Source of the DNA: a virus
Lineage: Duplodnaviria > Caudoviricetes
Direction: 5' to 3' (one strand)
IMG/VR virus record: IMGVR_UViG_3300037502_000383
Span: 1 to 60,999 of that record
DNA: 60,999 bases
Translations under genes and position numbers: made by a program
In this document: one piece after another, positions 41,001-48,698 of the stretch
Position numbering within the stretch: the first letter of the stretch is position 1
Layout: each line of letters starts with the position of its first letter
The notes under the pieces: model-generated
Databases searched by the model: none
What the model saw: the letters and a program-made list of their open reading frames with translations, nothing else
Told to the model about the DNA's origin: nothing

Positions 41001-42056
41001 CCGACCAGCCGGGTGATCTACAACAGCATCACCGGCAAGCCTATCGACCTGACAGACAAGCAGAAAGCGCAGCAGTTCTCCATCGTGACCGGCGCTGTGA
41101 TGCTGGCTTCCTTGATGCTGTACATGTCGTTCAAGGATGACGACGAGTGGAAGAAGCGCGAGCAGTGGGACCGCGATAACTTCTGGTGGTTCAAGATGCC
41201 GGGTATGGATACTGCCATCCGCATACCGAAGCCATTTGAGATCGGCGCGTTTGGTACATTTGCCGAGCGTATTGCCGAGCAGATGTTTGATCAGGGTGCA
41301 GAAGGCCGAGTGCTTGAGCAGTCGATGAAGCGGATGCTGACCGATACCTTTGCGATCAACCCGATCCCGCAGGTGATCAAGCCGCTCGTAGACTTGTACG
41401 CTAACAAGGACAGCTTCACCGGCGCGCCGATTGAGACTGCGGGCATGGAGCGTCTGTCGAAAGCAGAGCGTATCGCTGTGGGTACCAGCCCGCTAGCAAA
41501 GGCGCTCTCGCAGGTGGCAAACGTATTCCTGCCAGAGTCTACGGAATTGTCGCCCGTGCAAGCTGACTATGCCATCAAGGCGTATCTCGGCTGGATGGGT
41601 GCAACGATCTCGTCCACATCGCACTATGCGGTGATGCCGTTCTCGAAGTCTGCCTACCCTGACCACAACTGGGCAGAGACGATGTCGCTGGGGTTTGTGA
41701 AGACGTTGCCTGCCACGCAGTCTGGCTACGTCACCAGCTTCTACGAGAACTCGAAGATCATCTCGCAAGCCTATGCTGACATGCGGCACTACGCGCAGAT
41801 AGGTGAATCAGAGAAGATGAGGGAGACCTTCGAGGAGAAGGGCGACAAGATCATGCTTGCCAAGCTGTACGATCAGACAAGCAAGGACATGGCAAAGCTA
41901 CGGCAGGTCATCCAGCAGATACAGATAGACGAGAGAATGAGCGGCGCTCAGAAGAAGGAAGAGATCGACCGGATCAAGATGTTGATCGGTGATCTTGCCA
42001 AGCTGGCGGAAGAGACGCGCGTGTCGGTTAAGAAGCAGTATGAAGCCGCTCGATAG
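35049..42056 (+). CDS. Giant polyvalent ejection protein (ddrB-ParB-like, zincin HExxH, ART-PolyVal-like, GNAT, LPD38-like)
   Basis: AGNGR (ParB-like), HEMLH, FRKWFGxSKVVD..GEP..YHGT...PVYL..NP...GYDG..F.PNQIKS, VDPEVRGQG, RIPKPFEIG...N..SFTGAPIE. Confidence 0.8.
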   Translation: MANPFDQFDVATKAGNPFDQFDAPVKRERTLGEAATDIYAGLKGGVGSLLQLPSQVAGVVTGEFEKPGEETGLAAAGKGLQAEAQAMKSPGLKAREAARAEKVAAAEKRGQLDAFMTAFSETLRDPGLLTNFLAEQAPQLIPSLGVARLIKPFAGTAAAVRGAVGTGAVQQGADIAAGTYEQVYNELIKQGATEEEAAGRAIGLARTAGAGALTISLLAQRLPGAKAIEEAFAGQEGRLGRVFGAGRAGLGEAIGEVAEETPAKALQNYLMAYGVEPLGMEAVTPGSSLTAGLGETAAMAALGGAGMGAGVGLAQRQVGAEQVPPKRQPPSQFAPEPEAPIEPMPPVEPRAPAGAAAVPPTPPAPIEAAAPPVEPGVPPVEPPAPPAPPMPEPPRDAVDAMRNYWVGSPADFGMSFADIQNRDRTKPASIQQMTSIARRPDYNRLSVSRDFGAGAPVVISDIEIDPSRLGRIDTVSASDGTKIPVQYAVMDAREITPSNRADGTTIEQYADPAFEGIRPVAGNGRIAGLQELYRSGPYGDYVQQMMGDAAHGINPEVISAIEQPVLVRIMPKSALTPDIADKSNVGGQLGMSPTEQAKIDMNRFDLQGIQFLANGSPSLNSLRQFVAAMPPEEQGNLLNAEGQPNPLAKIRLANALFARAYANDSLIDLYAEATDPEAQQILRGMAIAAPAMSNLSEAGDYDIRPYVTKAAELAVNARRQGIDLAAYIDQGDLELDLLTREVVSMFAANKNAPRRIGDSLVMLAAEANRAAEQASAPPDMFGEVAFKRPLEDVFAILRGEPTQVAPIVEEEEAPEKLTYQIGKSEEQIAQEIDGMNVVQVADWLVDNAPNNFSKIVSEAVRSRVKAMQARKIPMTFKLLRGAERKEKVYGAVDGRYKGNVRFDVTINAPTAPGEKAAVVGTEYRTLLHEMLHLATQGQIHIEIGKGRRPTSGPIYELENLRKFIMKKVREDRAAGRPVPRRLNREQALLDVHELISYGFTEVEVQQYLASITYKNKNGFTRFVDAIRKLMAINKKDQTAMERLVSLTDEILEVPVKDIAAKLKAAGVRFGVGAIGTPSMADTRTPEFRKWFGKSKVVDQNGEPRVMYHGTVSDFDTFIPDSHFGTARAANQRARSWSAQNGERPMQIMPVYLRIENPLRVMDNEASDEAALLNAIKRGKYPQLDLGIANREGAYAAAKAAGYDGLVYQNKVEDRNKLSYVAFDPNQIKSIFNLRPTESKVITEEREAPEERPSFYPGMSQLGYTRIDDRTSPRIYTDEGGQPYLTFEKNGVRVALSSNNILYEDERGRVNEGYGEPNESIIRALIVDPEVRGQGRAKAVLREITDLADQSGTVLYIQPAPIAGGKMSVQQLTALYKQFGFVPAKGKSQKVLVREPKAETVTTEEREPFADISEEKLETPSRIQDKLEEKWDRMRTGAPKAKPSSFSDVDEGLWKDISGVFFPQNKNIVQKVDGMRDRFWQRLAQGVADQYRTIKDYSPEAYMKARMSKTIDGALEGILFEGEVKLTDGALDIAKDTKGLLKVMEPVGNEVDRYQIWVALQRDAQLVAQGKVPSVSKDIVARRDELSAGKIGDKSRLEVYQQVQKDMNKLNRSVLRIALKQGIIDKEAFKVFARDINYIPFYKVMDEGGSVQAAASKTGLVNQYFSKALQGGEKPFGDLMENTLRNWSHILSASMKNEAANATVKAAMDVGGAFPNLKVGLEWRLDDDGRNGKVYSAKTGEMIGDGSLKPQYTSSDGKGLVKTMIDGKPAYFEIVDPLLLESIMSIGYMGPKSKFLDVARDFKNILQFGVTVSPAFKVRNLIRDSVQSAAVSGIGLNIAKNVTDGIAASKKGNPDYISALAGGAIFNFGSYMEGDQAKMVKRLIEQGIKGENILDTDAKIKAGLKRMWDGYQDWGNRSEAANRMALYQQLRAKGFSHLEASFQARDLLDFSMQGAWPAVRMVTQVIPFLNARVQGLYKLGRDGITPTSRVIYNSITGKPIDLTDKQKAQQFSIVTGAVMLASLMLYMSFKDDDEWKKREQWDRDNFWWFKMPGMDTAIRIPKPFEIGAFGTFAERIAEQMFDQGAEGRVLEQSMKRMLTDTFAINPIPQVIKPLVDLYANKDSFTGAPIETAGMERLSKAERIAVGTSPLAKALSQVANVFLPESTELSPVQADYAIKAYLGWMGATISSTSHYAVMPFSKSAYPDHNWAETMSLGFVKTLPATQSGYVTSFYENSKIISQAYADMRHYAQIGESEKMRETFEEKGDKIMLAKLYDQTSKDMAKLRQVIQQIQIDERMSGAQKKEEIDRIKMLIGDLAKLAEETRVSVKKQYEAAR

Positions 42057-42312
42057 TCATCGCCATTAGATCCCACTCTGTGAGCTTGTAGCGTGTATAA
42101 AAGCCCCTGCTACCTAGCCCGTGGTAGCCAGTCTGCCCCTGATGATGTTCCGGGCAGAGAGGGATCACCAGCCAATCAGAAGCCCGCTGCGCCCCGCCTA
42201 CCGCATCCCGAGGGTGGTGCAGGTGAGCGGGCGTATGACCGTAGCCAAGATGGTGGCAGAGAACGCAGCCTATGTTGGCTACTTCGTTCATGTACTCCTT
42301 GACTGCTTTCAT
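42028..42312 (-). CDS. Ref/DUF968-like HNH nuclease
   Basis: GCVLC...HLHH...IPLCPEHH. Confidence 0.75.
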   Translation of the reverse strand: MKAVKEYMNEVANIGCVLCHHLGYGHTPAHLHHPRDAVGGAQRASDWLVIPLCPEHHQGQTGYHGLGSRGFYTRYKLTEWDLMAMTIERLHTAS

Positions 42313-42518
42313 TCGCCGCCCTTGCGGATCATCGCCGCGATAGCCAACGTACCGTAGCCTTCCATCCCCTTGTGCTCGACCATCAAGGCGTTAAGCTCGC
42401 GCTCGGCAGCAATCACCAGCTTGGCGAAGCGTCGCAAATCAGCGATGGTGTTCGATAAACCAGTGACATCCCATCTGTTTGCTTGATGGTACAAGCGGAT
42501 GATCTCATCATCAGTCAT
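42309..42518 (-). CDS. Hypothetical (AERE-family paralog)
   Basis: Coupled ORF; RFAxLV.AAERE...AIAAMIR. Confidence 0.6.
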   Translation of the reverse strand: MTDDEIIRLYHQANRWDVTGLSNTIADLRRFAKLVIAAERELNALMVEHKGMEGYGTLAIAAMIRKGGE

Positions 42519-42699
42519 GCTGAGCCTCTGTTAAATAGTATTGGTCCCAAACCTCTTGTGAGATCTCTATCGATACGAACTTGTGATTACATTCCCGGCA
42601 GATGCGTTGTCGGCGAACGAAGTCAAAGGTTTGAGATACGTCTTGGTATTTGCGTGTGTCAATAACTTGAGTAGGTTTGTCGCAGTGAGGGCACCACAT
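42511..42699 (-). CDS. NrdR-N-like zinc-ribbon protein
   Basis: CPHC...VIDTR...RRxRxCxxCxHKF. Confidence 0.7.
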   Translation of the reverse strand: MWCPHCDKPTQVIDTRKYQDVSQTFDFVRRQRICRECNHKFVSIEISQEVWDQYYLTEAQHD

Positions 42700-42724
42700 T
42701 TTTTGACCTTAAAGTTATGGGAGT

Positions 42725-42925
42725 TCATTCGTCTCCCTTTCTTATTGCAGCAGCCATGTCACTGTGTCCCATGTCTTCACACAGTCTGGCGCACCGTTCT
42801 CTTTCGGCCACGGTAACCATCTTGGAAAACTTGCGCATCCAAGACATCGCGGCAGAGTCGGGAGCATAAACCAGCCCTTCCTCTTCTGCTACGTGGTTAG
42901 CCATTTCAAATAGTTTCCGAGTCAT
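42725..42925 (-). CDS. Hypothetical (AERE-family paralog)
   Basis: ATGA overlap; AERERCARLC...AAAIR. Confidence 0.6.
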   Translation of the reverse strand: MTRKLFEMANHVAEEEGLVYAPDSAAMSWMRKFSKMVTVAERERCARLCEDMGHSDMAAAIRKGDE

Positions 42926-43164
42926 CCGAACAGGATGCTGTACAGACCACGCAGTACTGTGATTAGCACCGCGATAAAAACATAGAGCGCAACCATCCAA
43001 GTACCAACCTCGAAAGACGACAGGTTTCTGCGGTAGAAATTTAGCCACCGCGTTTCCCGCTCAATCACATGATTGGACTCCATGACTGTCTGGTAAAACT
43101 TTGGTACGTAGTGGGAACCAATCTTGGGCGGCGGCTCCTTGATAAACCTTCCATCTCTCAACAT
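42922..43164 (-). CDS. Small membrane protein
   Basis: AGGAG SD; C-terminal TM. Confidence 0.6.
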   Translation of the reverse strand: MLRDGRFIKEPPPKIGSHYVPKFYQTVMESNHVIERETRWLNFYRRNLSSFEVGTWMVALYVFIAVLITVLRGLYSILFG

Positions 43165-43176
43165 AGAAATCTCCTA

Positions 43177-43464
43177 TCAATCTTCCTGAATCAATAGTTC
43201 CAATTCATCAATTAAATAATCAGCAACCTTGCGCTCGTTCACAGACAGAATCCTAGCAGTCTCATTGTTTTGGATTGTGTTCATGGCATCGCGTACGCCT
43301 TGTTTGTAGCCACTGTTGAACTGGTCACCGCCTTCGAGGATCATGGTGATGGCATCCCGCACGACCTTGCTGGCCTGCCGGGTGCGCGCCTTCTCCTTCA
43401 GGGCAACGTGCGTTTCCTCAGACAGATAGACCGAGTACGGGATCAGTCGCTTCGAGACTTCCAG
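43177..43464 (-). CDS. Ribbon-helix-helix-like DNA-binding protein (probable CTG start)
   Basis: YSVYLSEE...LK..A....ASKVVRDAI; AGGAG 8 nt before CTG. Confidence 0.5.
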   Translation of the reverse strand: MEVSKRLIPYSVYLSEETHVALKEKARTRQASKVVRDAITMILEGGDQFNSGYKQGVRDAMNTIQNNETARILSVNERKVADYLIDELELLIQED

Positions 43465-43868
43465 CTTGCGAACTCCTGCTTGATCCCCAGCATCTTCTCG
43501 ATTGCTTGTTGACTTTTTGAAATATCGGCGCGGCTTGCTACGTTCAGATAATTCTTTAACCATGTGCTTGCTTCCTTTTCTGTTTTATCAGTGATTTGGT
43601 TGGACTCTTGTAAGAACTGCCAGAACTGCGGGTCACGGCAGAGCATCCCGGACACGCGCACCATGTCTTTGGCTAGCTCTTGCTCGCGGTTCATGGGCTT
43701 CTCTTCCTCGTTCAGCCTGACCATGACGGTCATGTAACGTGCGCCGACGAAGTCCCGCATGATCCGCTCATCCAGATCGTCCGGGTGTATACGTAAGGTC
43801 AGGATGTAGCCGGAGTTATCCTGCTTGATGCCTACCTTGACGGACTCAAACTGTGGGTGTTCGTTCAA
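43443..43868 (-). CDS. Hypothetical protein
   Basis: Coupled ORF; LCRDPQFWQFL...SRAD. Confidence 0.6.
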   Translation of the reverse strand: MNEHPQFESVKVGIKQDNSGYILTLRIHPDDLDERIMRDFVGARYMTVMVRLNEEEKPMNREQELAKDMVRVSGMLCRDPQFWQFLQESNQITDKTEKEASTWLKNYLNVASRADISKSQQAIEKMLGIKQEFASWKSRSD

Positions 43869-44185
43869 CTTATATCCTCCACTCTCAACACATACCGCCC
43901 TTTGCTGTTCTTACCCCAGCCGTGCACTTCGATCCTGATGCCTGCATCTCGCACCTTGCCGACCGTGTCAGAGTCTTGAATCTTGCGGATTCTCTCTGCC
44001 ACATGACTGCTGCTTGTCACTTGAACGGCTAACACTTCGCCCTTCTTGATCGCCAAAATATCGCACCATGTCCACAAGTCTTTACGCTGCTTTGTGAAAC
44101 TGTTGAACCGCTCGACTATCTCCGGGTGATACCCCTGCTCCCGGAGATACTCAAGGCTGCGCTGCGTAGGTGACTTAGTAGCCAT
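43865..44185 (-). CDS. PD-(D/E)XK nuclease, Holliday junction resolvase-like
   Basis: SLEYLREQGY..EIVE...DLW..DILA...AVQV. Confidence 0.7.
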   Translation of the reverse strand: MATKSPTQRSLEYLREQGYHPEIVERFNSFTKQRKDLWTWCDILAIKKGEVLAVQVTSSSHVAERIRKIQDSDTVGKVRDAGIRIEVHGWGKNSKGRYVLRVEDIS

Positions 44186-44387
44186 CCATAACCTTCCTGA
44201 TCATGCGCACCGGGATGCCCAGTCTTTCGTGAGCAGCCAAGATGAAGGTTGGATTTACTGACATCATGCCGCTGCGGATCTTCGAAATGGCCGATGCTTT
44301 CAATCCCAACCGCTCCGCCAACCTTGCATCGTTCTTTATTTTGTAGACCGCAAGCAGGTGATCTATCAATGGATGTGCAGGCTTCAT
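44175..44387 (-). CDS. HTH transcriptional regulator
   Basis: KNDARLAERLGLKASAISKIRSG. Confidence 0.75.
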   Translation of the reverse strand: MKPAHPLIDHLLAVYKIKNDARLAERLGLKASAISKIRSGMMSVNPTFILAAHERLGIPVRMIRKVMDGY

Positions 44388-44389
44388 GT

Positions 44390-44698
44390 CTAAAATGGGA
44401 TGTCCTGATCATCTACTGGCGGCTCCGGCGCTGCCGGTCTTTGCGGTGGCTTCGGAGGCGTTGCACCATCAGCAGGCTTCTTCCAAGTGTTTACCTTGAG
44501 TGAGAAGTAGGTGCCGTACTGACCATCGTTCTGCCATGCGTCGAGCTTGACGGTAATCTCATCCTCGTCAGTCTCTTCCATGAGCTGCCGCAGATAGCTA
44601 CGCTCCAGCACTAGCTCGCCGTACAGGTCGGGCGACTTCGGATGTACCTTGCGCTGGCTGTAGTTCAGCCTGCCCGAGTTGGGGAATTTAGTTGCCAT
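44390..44698 (-). CDS. Single-stranded DNA-binding protein (DUF736-like)
   Basis: NSGxL...PDxxG...AW...YFSL; acidic DDQDIPF tail. Confidence 0.7.
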   Translation of the reverse strand: MATKFPNSGRLNYSQRKVHPKSPDLYGELVLERSYLRQLMEETDEDEITVKLDAWQNDGQYGTYFSLKVNTWKKPADGATPPKPPQRPAAPEPPVDDQDIPF

Positions 44699-45392
44699 CA
44701 GCAAATGCTCCTTTGTAAGTGGCGAATGTAGCGAGCAGTTCTTTGTAGGCCGCATCATCCTGCTGCTCGATAACCTTGTAGATGTTGGCGTTCGTGCGCC
44801 AGATGCTCATCACATCTTCCTTGTTAGAGGCGGCATCAAGCGCAGTAACCGTGGACTCAACAACTACGGCCAACCAATCACCAAACTCTGTGTCAGGCTG
44901 GGCAGATACCTTCAACTGCCACTCGCCGCTCTTGCCTTCCATCTTCTTCGGTGGAGTTGGTGCAGGCGGTGTAGGTGGTGCTGGCTTTGCTACTGGCTTC
45001 GGTGCTGCTACAGGCGCAGGCTTGCTGGCAGCATTACCATCATCGTCAGCCGGAGCGAGGCCAGCCGCAACCATCAGGCTGTACCTGCGAGCGTAGGTCA
45101 GCGCACTGCCAAACCCCTGCGGGTCATGCTTTGATGCTGGCACATACAGCCAACCGGACGACAACTGTTCACCAGACTCGTGAATAAACACGGTCTGGAT
45201 CTTGATGCCGTCGAGATGCTCGTCCGTCAACTGCATCAGGTAGATGCCGTTGTTGTTCAAGCCATCGATTACCGCCTCGATGCAGGCAGACAGGTCTGCG
45301 TACTTCGTGCGGAAGTGAGGATTGCTACTGGTCTTCAGCGCAGGACCAAACTCCTTCTGCGCTTTGACCAGAGCCGTGGCGATATTTTTCAT
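44688..45392 (-). CDS. erf: ERF family ssDNA-annealing recombinase
   Basis: NPHFxxKYADL, HESGE, PQxxGSALTYARRYSL...DDDGN. Confidence 0.9.
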   Translation of the reverse strand: MKNIATALVKAQKEFGPALKTSSNPHFRTKYADLSACIEAVIDGLNNNGIYLMQLTDEHLDGIKIQTVFIHESGEQLSSGWLYVPASKHDPQGFGSALTYARRYSLMVAAGLAPADDDGNAASKPAPVAAPKPVAKPAPPTPPAPTPPKKMEGKSGEWQLKVSAQPDTEFGDWLAVVVESTVTALDAASNKEDVMSIWRTNANIYKVIEQQDDAAYKELLATFATYKGAFADGN

Positions 45393-45404
45393 TTGTTCTC
45401 CTGA

Positions 45405-45554
45405 TTAGCTGCAAGTGGTATTGCATGAGCCTGCATAGCAGCAGGTAGTACAGAAGGTGCAGCGGCCATTGTTATCGCAGAACGTATGCGAAGTGCAGCT
45501 TGCGTATGCCAATGATGCTGCCGAGATAGCCCAGATAGCAATTAGGTATTTCAT
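45405..45554 (-). CDS. 49-aa secreted Cys-rich peptide (not in ORF track)
   Basis: MKYLIAIWAISAASLAYA|SCTSHTFCDNNGRCTFCTTCCYAGSCNTTCS; AAGGAG SD and ATGA overlap. Confidence 0.65.
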   Translation of the reverse strand: MKYLIAIWAISAASLAYASCTSHTFCDNNGRCTFCTTCCYAGSCNTTCS

Positions 45555-46426
45555 GATTGACTCTCCTTATAGGATTGGTACTGCTGACAAAATGGTGCGA
45601 CCTGACAGAAACTATCGCATCGTGTCCTGCCGCCCTCTCTCGTTTCCATGTAGTGCGTTCCCTTTTGATCAGCCATGAACGCTTCGGCTTCCTGCTTAAT
45701 CGTGAATACTTTCTTTGCCCGCTTGCCGCCTTCCTTCATTACGGCGTAAGTAGTGGGCTTCTCCCACATTTCTTCCGGCGTACACTCCGGCATCTCACCG
45801 CTGACCGCCGAGAAGTTGGCCTCGTTGTGCAGAGACAGTCGTGTTCTAACAAACTGCTCCCGCGCCTCGAAGTCCCACAGCGGAATCGTGATGGTGACAA
45901 TCGGTGCCTGCGGGTAGCCTTCTTTGTTCGCTGCTTCCCTGCGATTCCAATCCCGGACGATGCCAATGATCTGTAGACCGGTAACAGGCAGACCCTTCAC
46001 GCGCTCCACCAGCCATGCGTACAGATTCAACTGATCTATCCACTCGGTCTTCTCCTGCTGGACTGCCCACGCGGAGGTGACTTTGTAGTCGCTGATGACG
46101 ATGGATCCATCTGGCTGGAATGTCTGCAAGTCGATAGCACCGCTGATGCGCCAGCTTTCGAACGTGGTGAACAGCCGCTCCTCGACAACATGGTGATCAT
46201 CCTTACCATGCTGGAGAATGTTGTGGACTGCGCTGCCAAACAAAGACCAGACCTGATCTGCTGCATCTACCTCAATGTCGTCGGCATGACGGCGGCGCAA
46301 GAGGACAAGCTGCGGTGGCGAGAGGATCTCGGTGACGCTGATCTCGCTGCTGCCCCGGCTGTATGTCGGGCGCGTTATAACATTGATAAACGTCTCGGGC
46401 AGATTGAATTTGTTTGTCAGTTTCAT
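45551..46426 (-). CDS. PD-(D/E)XK exonuclease (Cas4/RecB-like partner of ERF)
   Basis: GSAVH, ISGAID, DYK, QLNLY, C-terminal RC..FC...FC. Confidence 0.8.
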   Translation of the reverse strand: MKLTNKFNLPETFINVITRPTYSRGSSEISVTEILSPPQLVLLRRRHADDIEVDAADQVWSLFGSAVHNILQHGKDDHHVVEERLFTTFESWRISGAIDLQTFQPDGSIVISDYKVTSAWAVQQEKTEWIDQLNLYAWLVERVKGLPVTGLQIIGIVRDWNRREAANKEGYPQAPIVTITIPLWDFEAREQFVRTRLSLHNEANFSAVSGEMPECTPEEMWEKPTTYAVMKEGGKRAKKVFTIKQEAEAFMADQKGTHYMETREGGRTRCDSFCQVAPFCQQYQSYKESQS

Positions 46427-46626
46427 AGTCGGCGTTGGCAGTTAAAAGCTTGGATATCTACACGGAATGCGTTGGCAAACTTGCAGTCGGAAGCGATGCG
46501 GCTTTCTGTGTTGACGCTGCCAATCCACAGACCCAACAGAAATAGCAAGATAGCTATCATGGATCTTGCCCATACCGCCTGCACCCATGCCCAGATTGCT
46601 TTGTAGTTGATGGTGTCTACGATCAC
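46423..46626 (-). CDS. Small membrane protein
   Basis: GTGA overlap; TM segment. Confidence 0.5.
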   Translation of the reverse strand: MIVDTINYKAIWAWVQAVWARSMIAILLFLLGLWIGSVNTESRIASDCKFANAFRVDIQAFNCQRRL

Positions 46627-46811
46627 TGTTCTCTCGCTTTCATCATTGCGTCTGCTATTTTGTAGGACTCGGATGCGATCCATTCATAGCCATGCTGCAC
46701 TAGTACTCCAGCCTCATCTCTACCAGCACAAATTCCCTGCATCGCCTTCGCCGCAAAATAGTCCCGCAATTCCATGCCGAGTTGTCCAACCAAGTTTGGG
46801 AATGCTTTCAT
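46623..46811 (-). CDS. Conserved phage protein
   Basis: GMxLRDYFAAKAMQG...ADAMMKAR family motif. Confidence 0.75.
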   Translation of the reverse strand: MKAFPNLVGQLGMELRDYFAAKAMQGICAGRDEAGVLVQHGYEWIASESYKIADAMMKAREQ

Positions 46812-47023
46812 ACATCCTCCCATGTTCCGTCTTTGCGGATAAAGCGCACACTAATCAAGTCGTTGTTCTCGTCATAGAACCCGCAGATCAACGGTGCATC
46901 TGTCCACGGCGCGATTGTGTGCGCGATGCTTGAGTACTTCTTTGGCGGTGTGAAGTAACAAGTGACCTTTGTGCCTTTGGGAATTGCCCCTCGCTGGTAA
47001 TCGTAGAGTTTGATGTCAGGCAT
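46808..47023 (-). CDS. Hypothetical protein
   Basis: GGAG SD, overlapping neighbours. Confidence 0.5.
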   Translation of the reverse strand: MPDIKLYDYQRGAIPKGTKVTCYFTPPKKYSSIAHTIAPWTDAPLICGFYDENNDLISVRFIRKDGTWEDV

Positions 47024-47189
47024 CGTTCTTCTCCCGATACTCAATGCACCCGCGCTCACAGCACACATCGCCTATATGGGGCAGGTGTTTATCAAGCACT
47101 TCCAACAGCTTGTACGGAAGCTCCTGACTTGCATGGAACAGGATTGCTATATCGCGTAGCTCACGTATGAGTTCCTTTTTATATTGCAT
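47016..47189 (-). CDS. 57-aa hypothetical (not in ORF track)
   Basis: MQYKKELIRELRD...; AAGGAG SD; fills gap. Confidence 0.5.
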   Translation of the reverse strand: MQYKKELIRELRDIAILFHASQELPYKLLEVLDKHLPHIGDVCCERGCIEYREKNDA

Positions 47190-47418
47190 GATTCTTCTCC
47201 TTTAGTTTGGCTTCGATGGCGCGGTAAATGTCGTTTGTTGAATACGCCCCTATGCCTTTTACTTTGATCTCGTGGTGCATATCGGCTATCTCCTCATCCG
47301 TCAGCCCGACCCACGTATCACCGCGATCCCACGGCAGCGGGTGTCCCGACAACTCATACGCTTTGTGCCGCCAATTCTTTGCGCTCTCTTTGTATCGTTC
47401 GCAGTCTGGGCAGGTCAT
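47179..47418 (-). CDS. Hypothetical with W-x-GLTDEEI...RAIEAKLKEKN tail
   Basis: Shared C-terminal module. Confidence 0.6.
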   Translation of the reverse strand: MTCPDCERYKESAKNWRHKAYELSGHPLPWDRGDTWVGLTDEEIADMHHEIKVKGIGAYSTNDIYRAIEAKLKEKNHAI

Positions 47419-47615
47419 GTGTTTTTCTCCTTTAACTTGGCTTCTATGGCGCGGGCAAAGGTCAAAATTTCATGGTCACCAGATACAGCGATTTCATCTA
47501 CTTCAGCGTCGGTTAATGTTTTCCACTCACGGTCACATTTAATCTCTACGCCCTCTTCGTCATCTGGGTCAAAGCGTTTACACCCATCAAGATAACACCC
47601 TGTGTTTATTCTCAT
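47415..47615 (-). CDS. Hypothetical with RAIEAKLKEKN tail
   Basis: Shared C-terminal module; ATGA overlap. Confidence 0.6.
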   Translation of the reverse strand: MRINTGCYLDGCKRFDPDDEEGVEIKCDREWKTLTDAEVDEIAVSGDHEILTFARAIEAKLKEKNT

Positions 47616-47935
47616 GTGTTCTTCTCCTTCAGCTTGGCTTCGATGGCACGGATTAAATCGTGAACTTCTGGTGTCCACTTACATATCTCCTCATCCGTCA
47701 GCCCCTGCCATTCTTTCATCAGCACCGTACCGTACTGGCTCGGTTGGTTTTCCGGGTCTGTAACGGACTGCTCGAAACTCTCGCGCATCTTCTGCACCTG
47801 CGTCTCTGTGTACAAACCTTCGTCATCAGGCTCAGGCTTCAAACCAAGGTTCGTCTGCCAATCGTCTTTGCCATACGCTTTAACGGCTTGCATATATGTA
47901 AGTTCTCGTATCTTTATCCATGCGATTGGTTTCAT
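47612..47935 (-). CDS. Hypothetical with RAIEAKLKEKN tail
   Basis: AAGGAG SD; shared C-terminal module. Confidence 0.6.
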   Translation of the reverse strand: MKPIAWIKIRELTYMQAVKAYGKDDWQTNLGLKPEPDDEGLYTETQVQKMRESFEQSVTDPENQPSQYGTVLMKEWQGLTDEEICKWTPEVHDLIRAIEAKLKEKNT

Positions 47936-47937
47936 TG

Positions 47938-48459
47938 TTAAACTCCTTTGCTGTAAAGCGGCAACCACTTATTTTCTTCAGCCCATTTTTTATACACAGT
48001 CACGTTACTGTACGAGCCGGGTTCATGCCACGCCACCGGCTCTTGCTTCACCGCGTCCTTCAAGCTCACACACGTACCACACAGCGCACCATCATCAGGC
48101 ACGATACCGTCACCGCATGAACAATAGACGCGTTGTGGTGAGGCGGACAACCACTTCTCAGGGGCTTTACGAAACACTGGATCACGCCCCTCTGCCAAAG
48201 CCACCATCAGTTCCATGCCGTTGTACATACCTTGCATATACGGGTCTAAGTTCCAGTTGCCGTCCCGTCCCTGAACTTCCAGCAGTTCTTTCATCTTTAC
48301 CACCGGCTCCACGCTGGGTTCAGGCTGCGCAAGTCGAGCGCGAAGGGTTCTCCTAGCAACACCAATCGCATCGTCATCGTCAGGACAGCCGATATGATCT
48401 GCCGCATCTTCCAACGCATCCAGCACCTGCTGCGCTTCCTCGCGTGTTAGTGTGATCAT
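47938..48459 (-). CDS. Mosaic hypothetical protein
   Basis: ALE...AQPEP...EPVAW modules typical of small phage accessory genes. Confidence 0.6.
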   Translation of the reverse strand: MITLTREEAQQVLDALEDAADHIGCPDDDDAIGVARRTLRARLAQPEPSVEPVVKMKELLEVQGRDGNWNLDPYMQGMYNGMELMVALAEGRDPVFRKAPEKWLSASPQRVYCSCGDGIVPDDGALCGTCVSLKDAVKQEPVAWHEPGSYSNVTVYKKWAEENKWLPLYSKGV

Positions 48460-48698
48460 GGCGCACCCCTTTCTCTAACCAACAGCGCTGCGGCTAACGT
48501 GCCGTAGCCATCAACCCCTGCTTGCTCAACAACCTTGGCGCAGGCTTCGCGCTCTGCTGCTGCAACTAGGTTGGCAAAGCGTTCAAGCGGTTCAATCGGC
48601 GGACAAGATACAATTCTTGACCCACCATCAGGCGCGATGCTTATTGTCTGCTCTAACCCCGCTTCCCGCGCCATGCGGATAATGTCATCTCTGTTCAT
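48456..48698 (-). CDS. Hypothetical (AERE-family paralog)
   Basis: DIIRMAREAG...RFANLVAAAEREACAK. Confidence 0.65.
   Translation of the reverse strand: MNRDDIIRMAREAGLEQTISIAPDGGSRIVSCPPIEPLERFANLVAAAEREACAKVVEQAGVDGYGTLAAALLVRERGAP

Noticed and set aside
45551-46426. Cas4 as an adaptation module for the array locus
   Set aside because: Adjacent to ERF and SSB; standard phage exonuclease-recombinase pair
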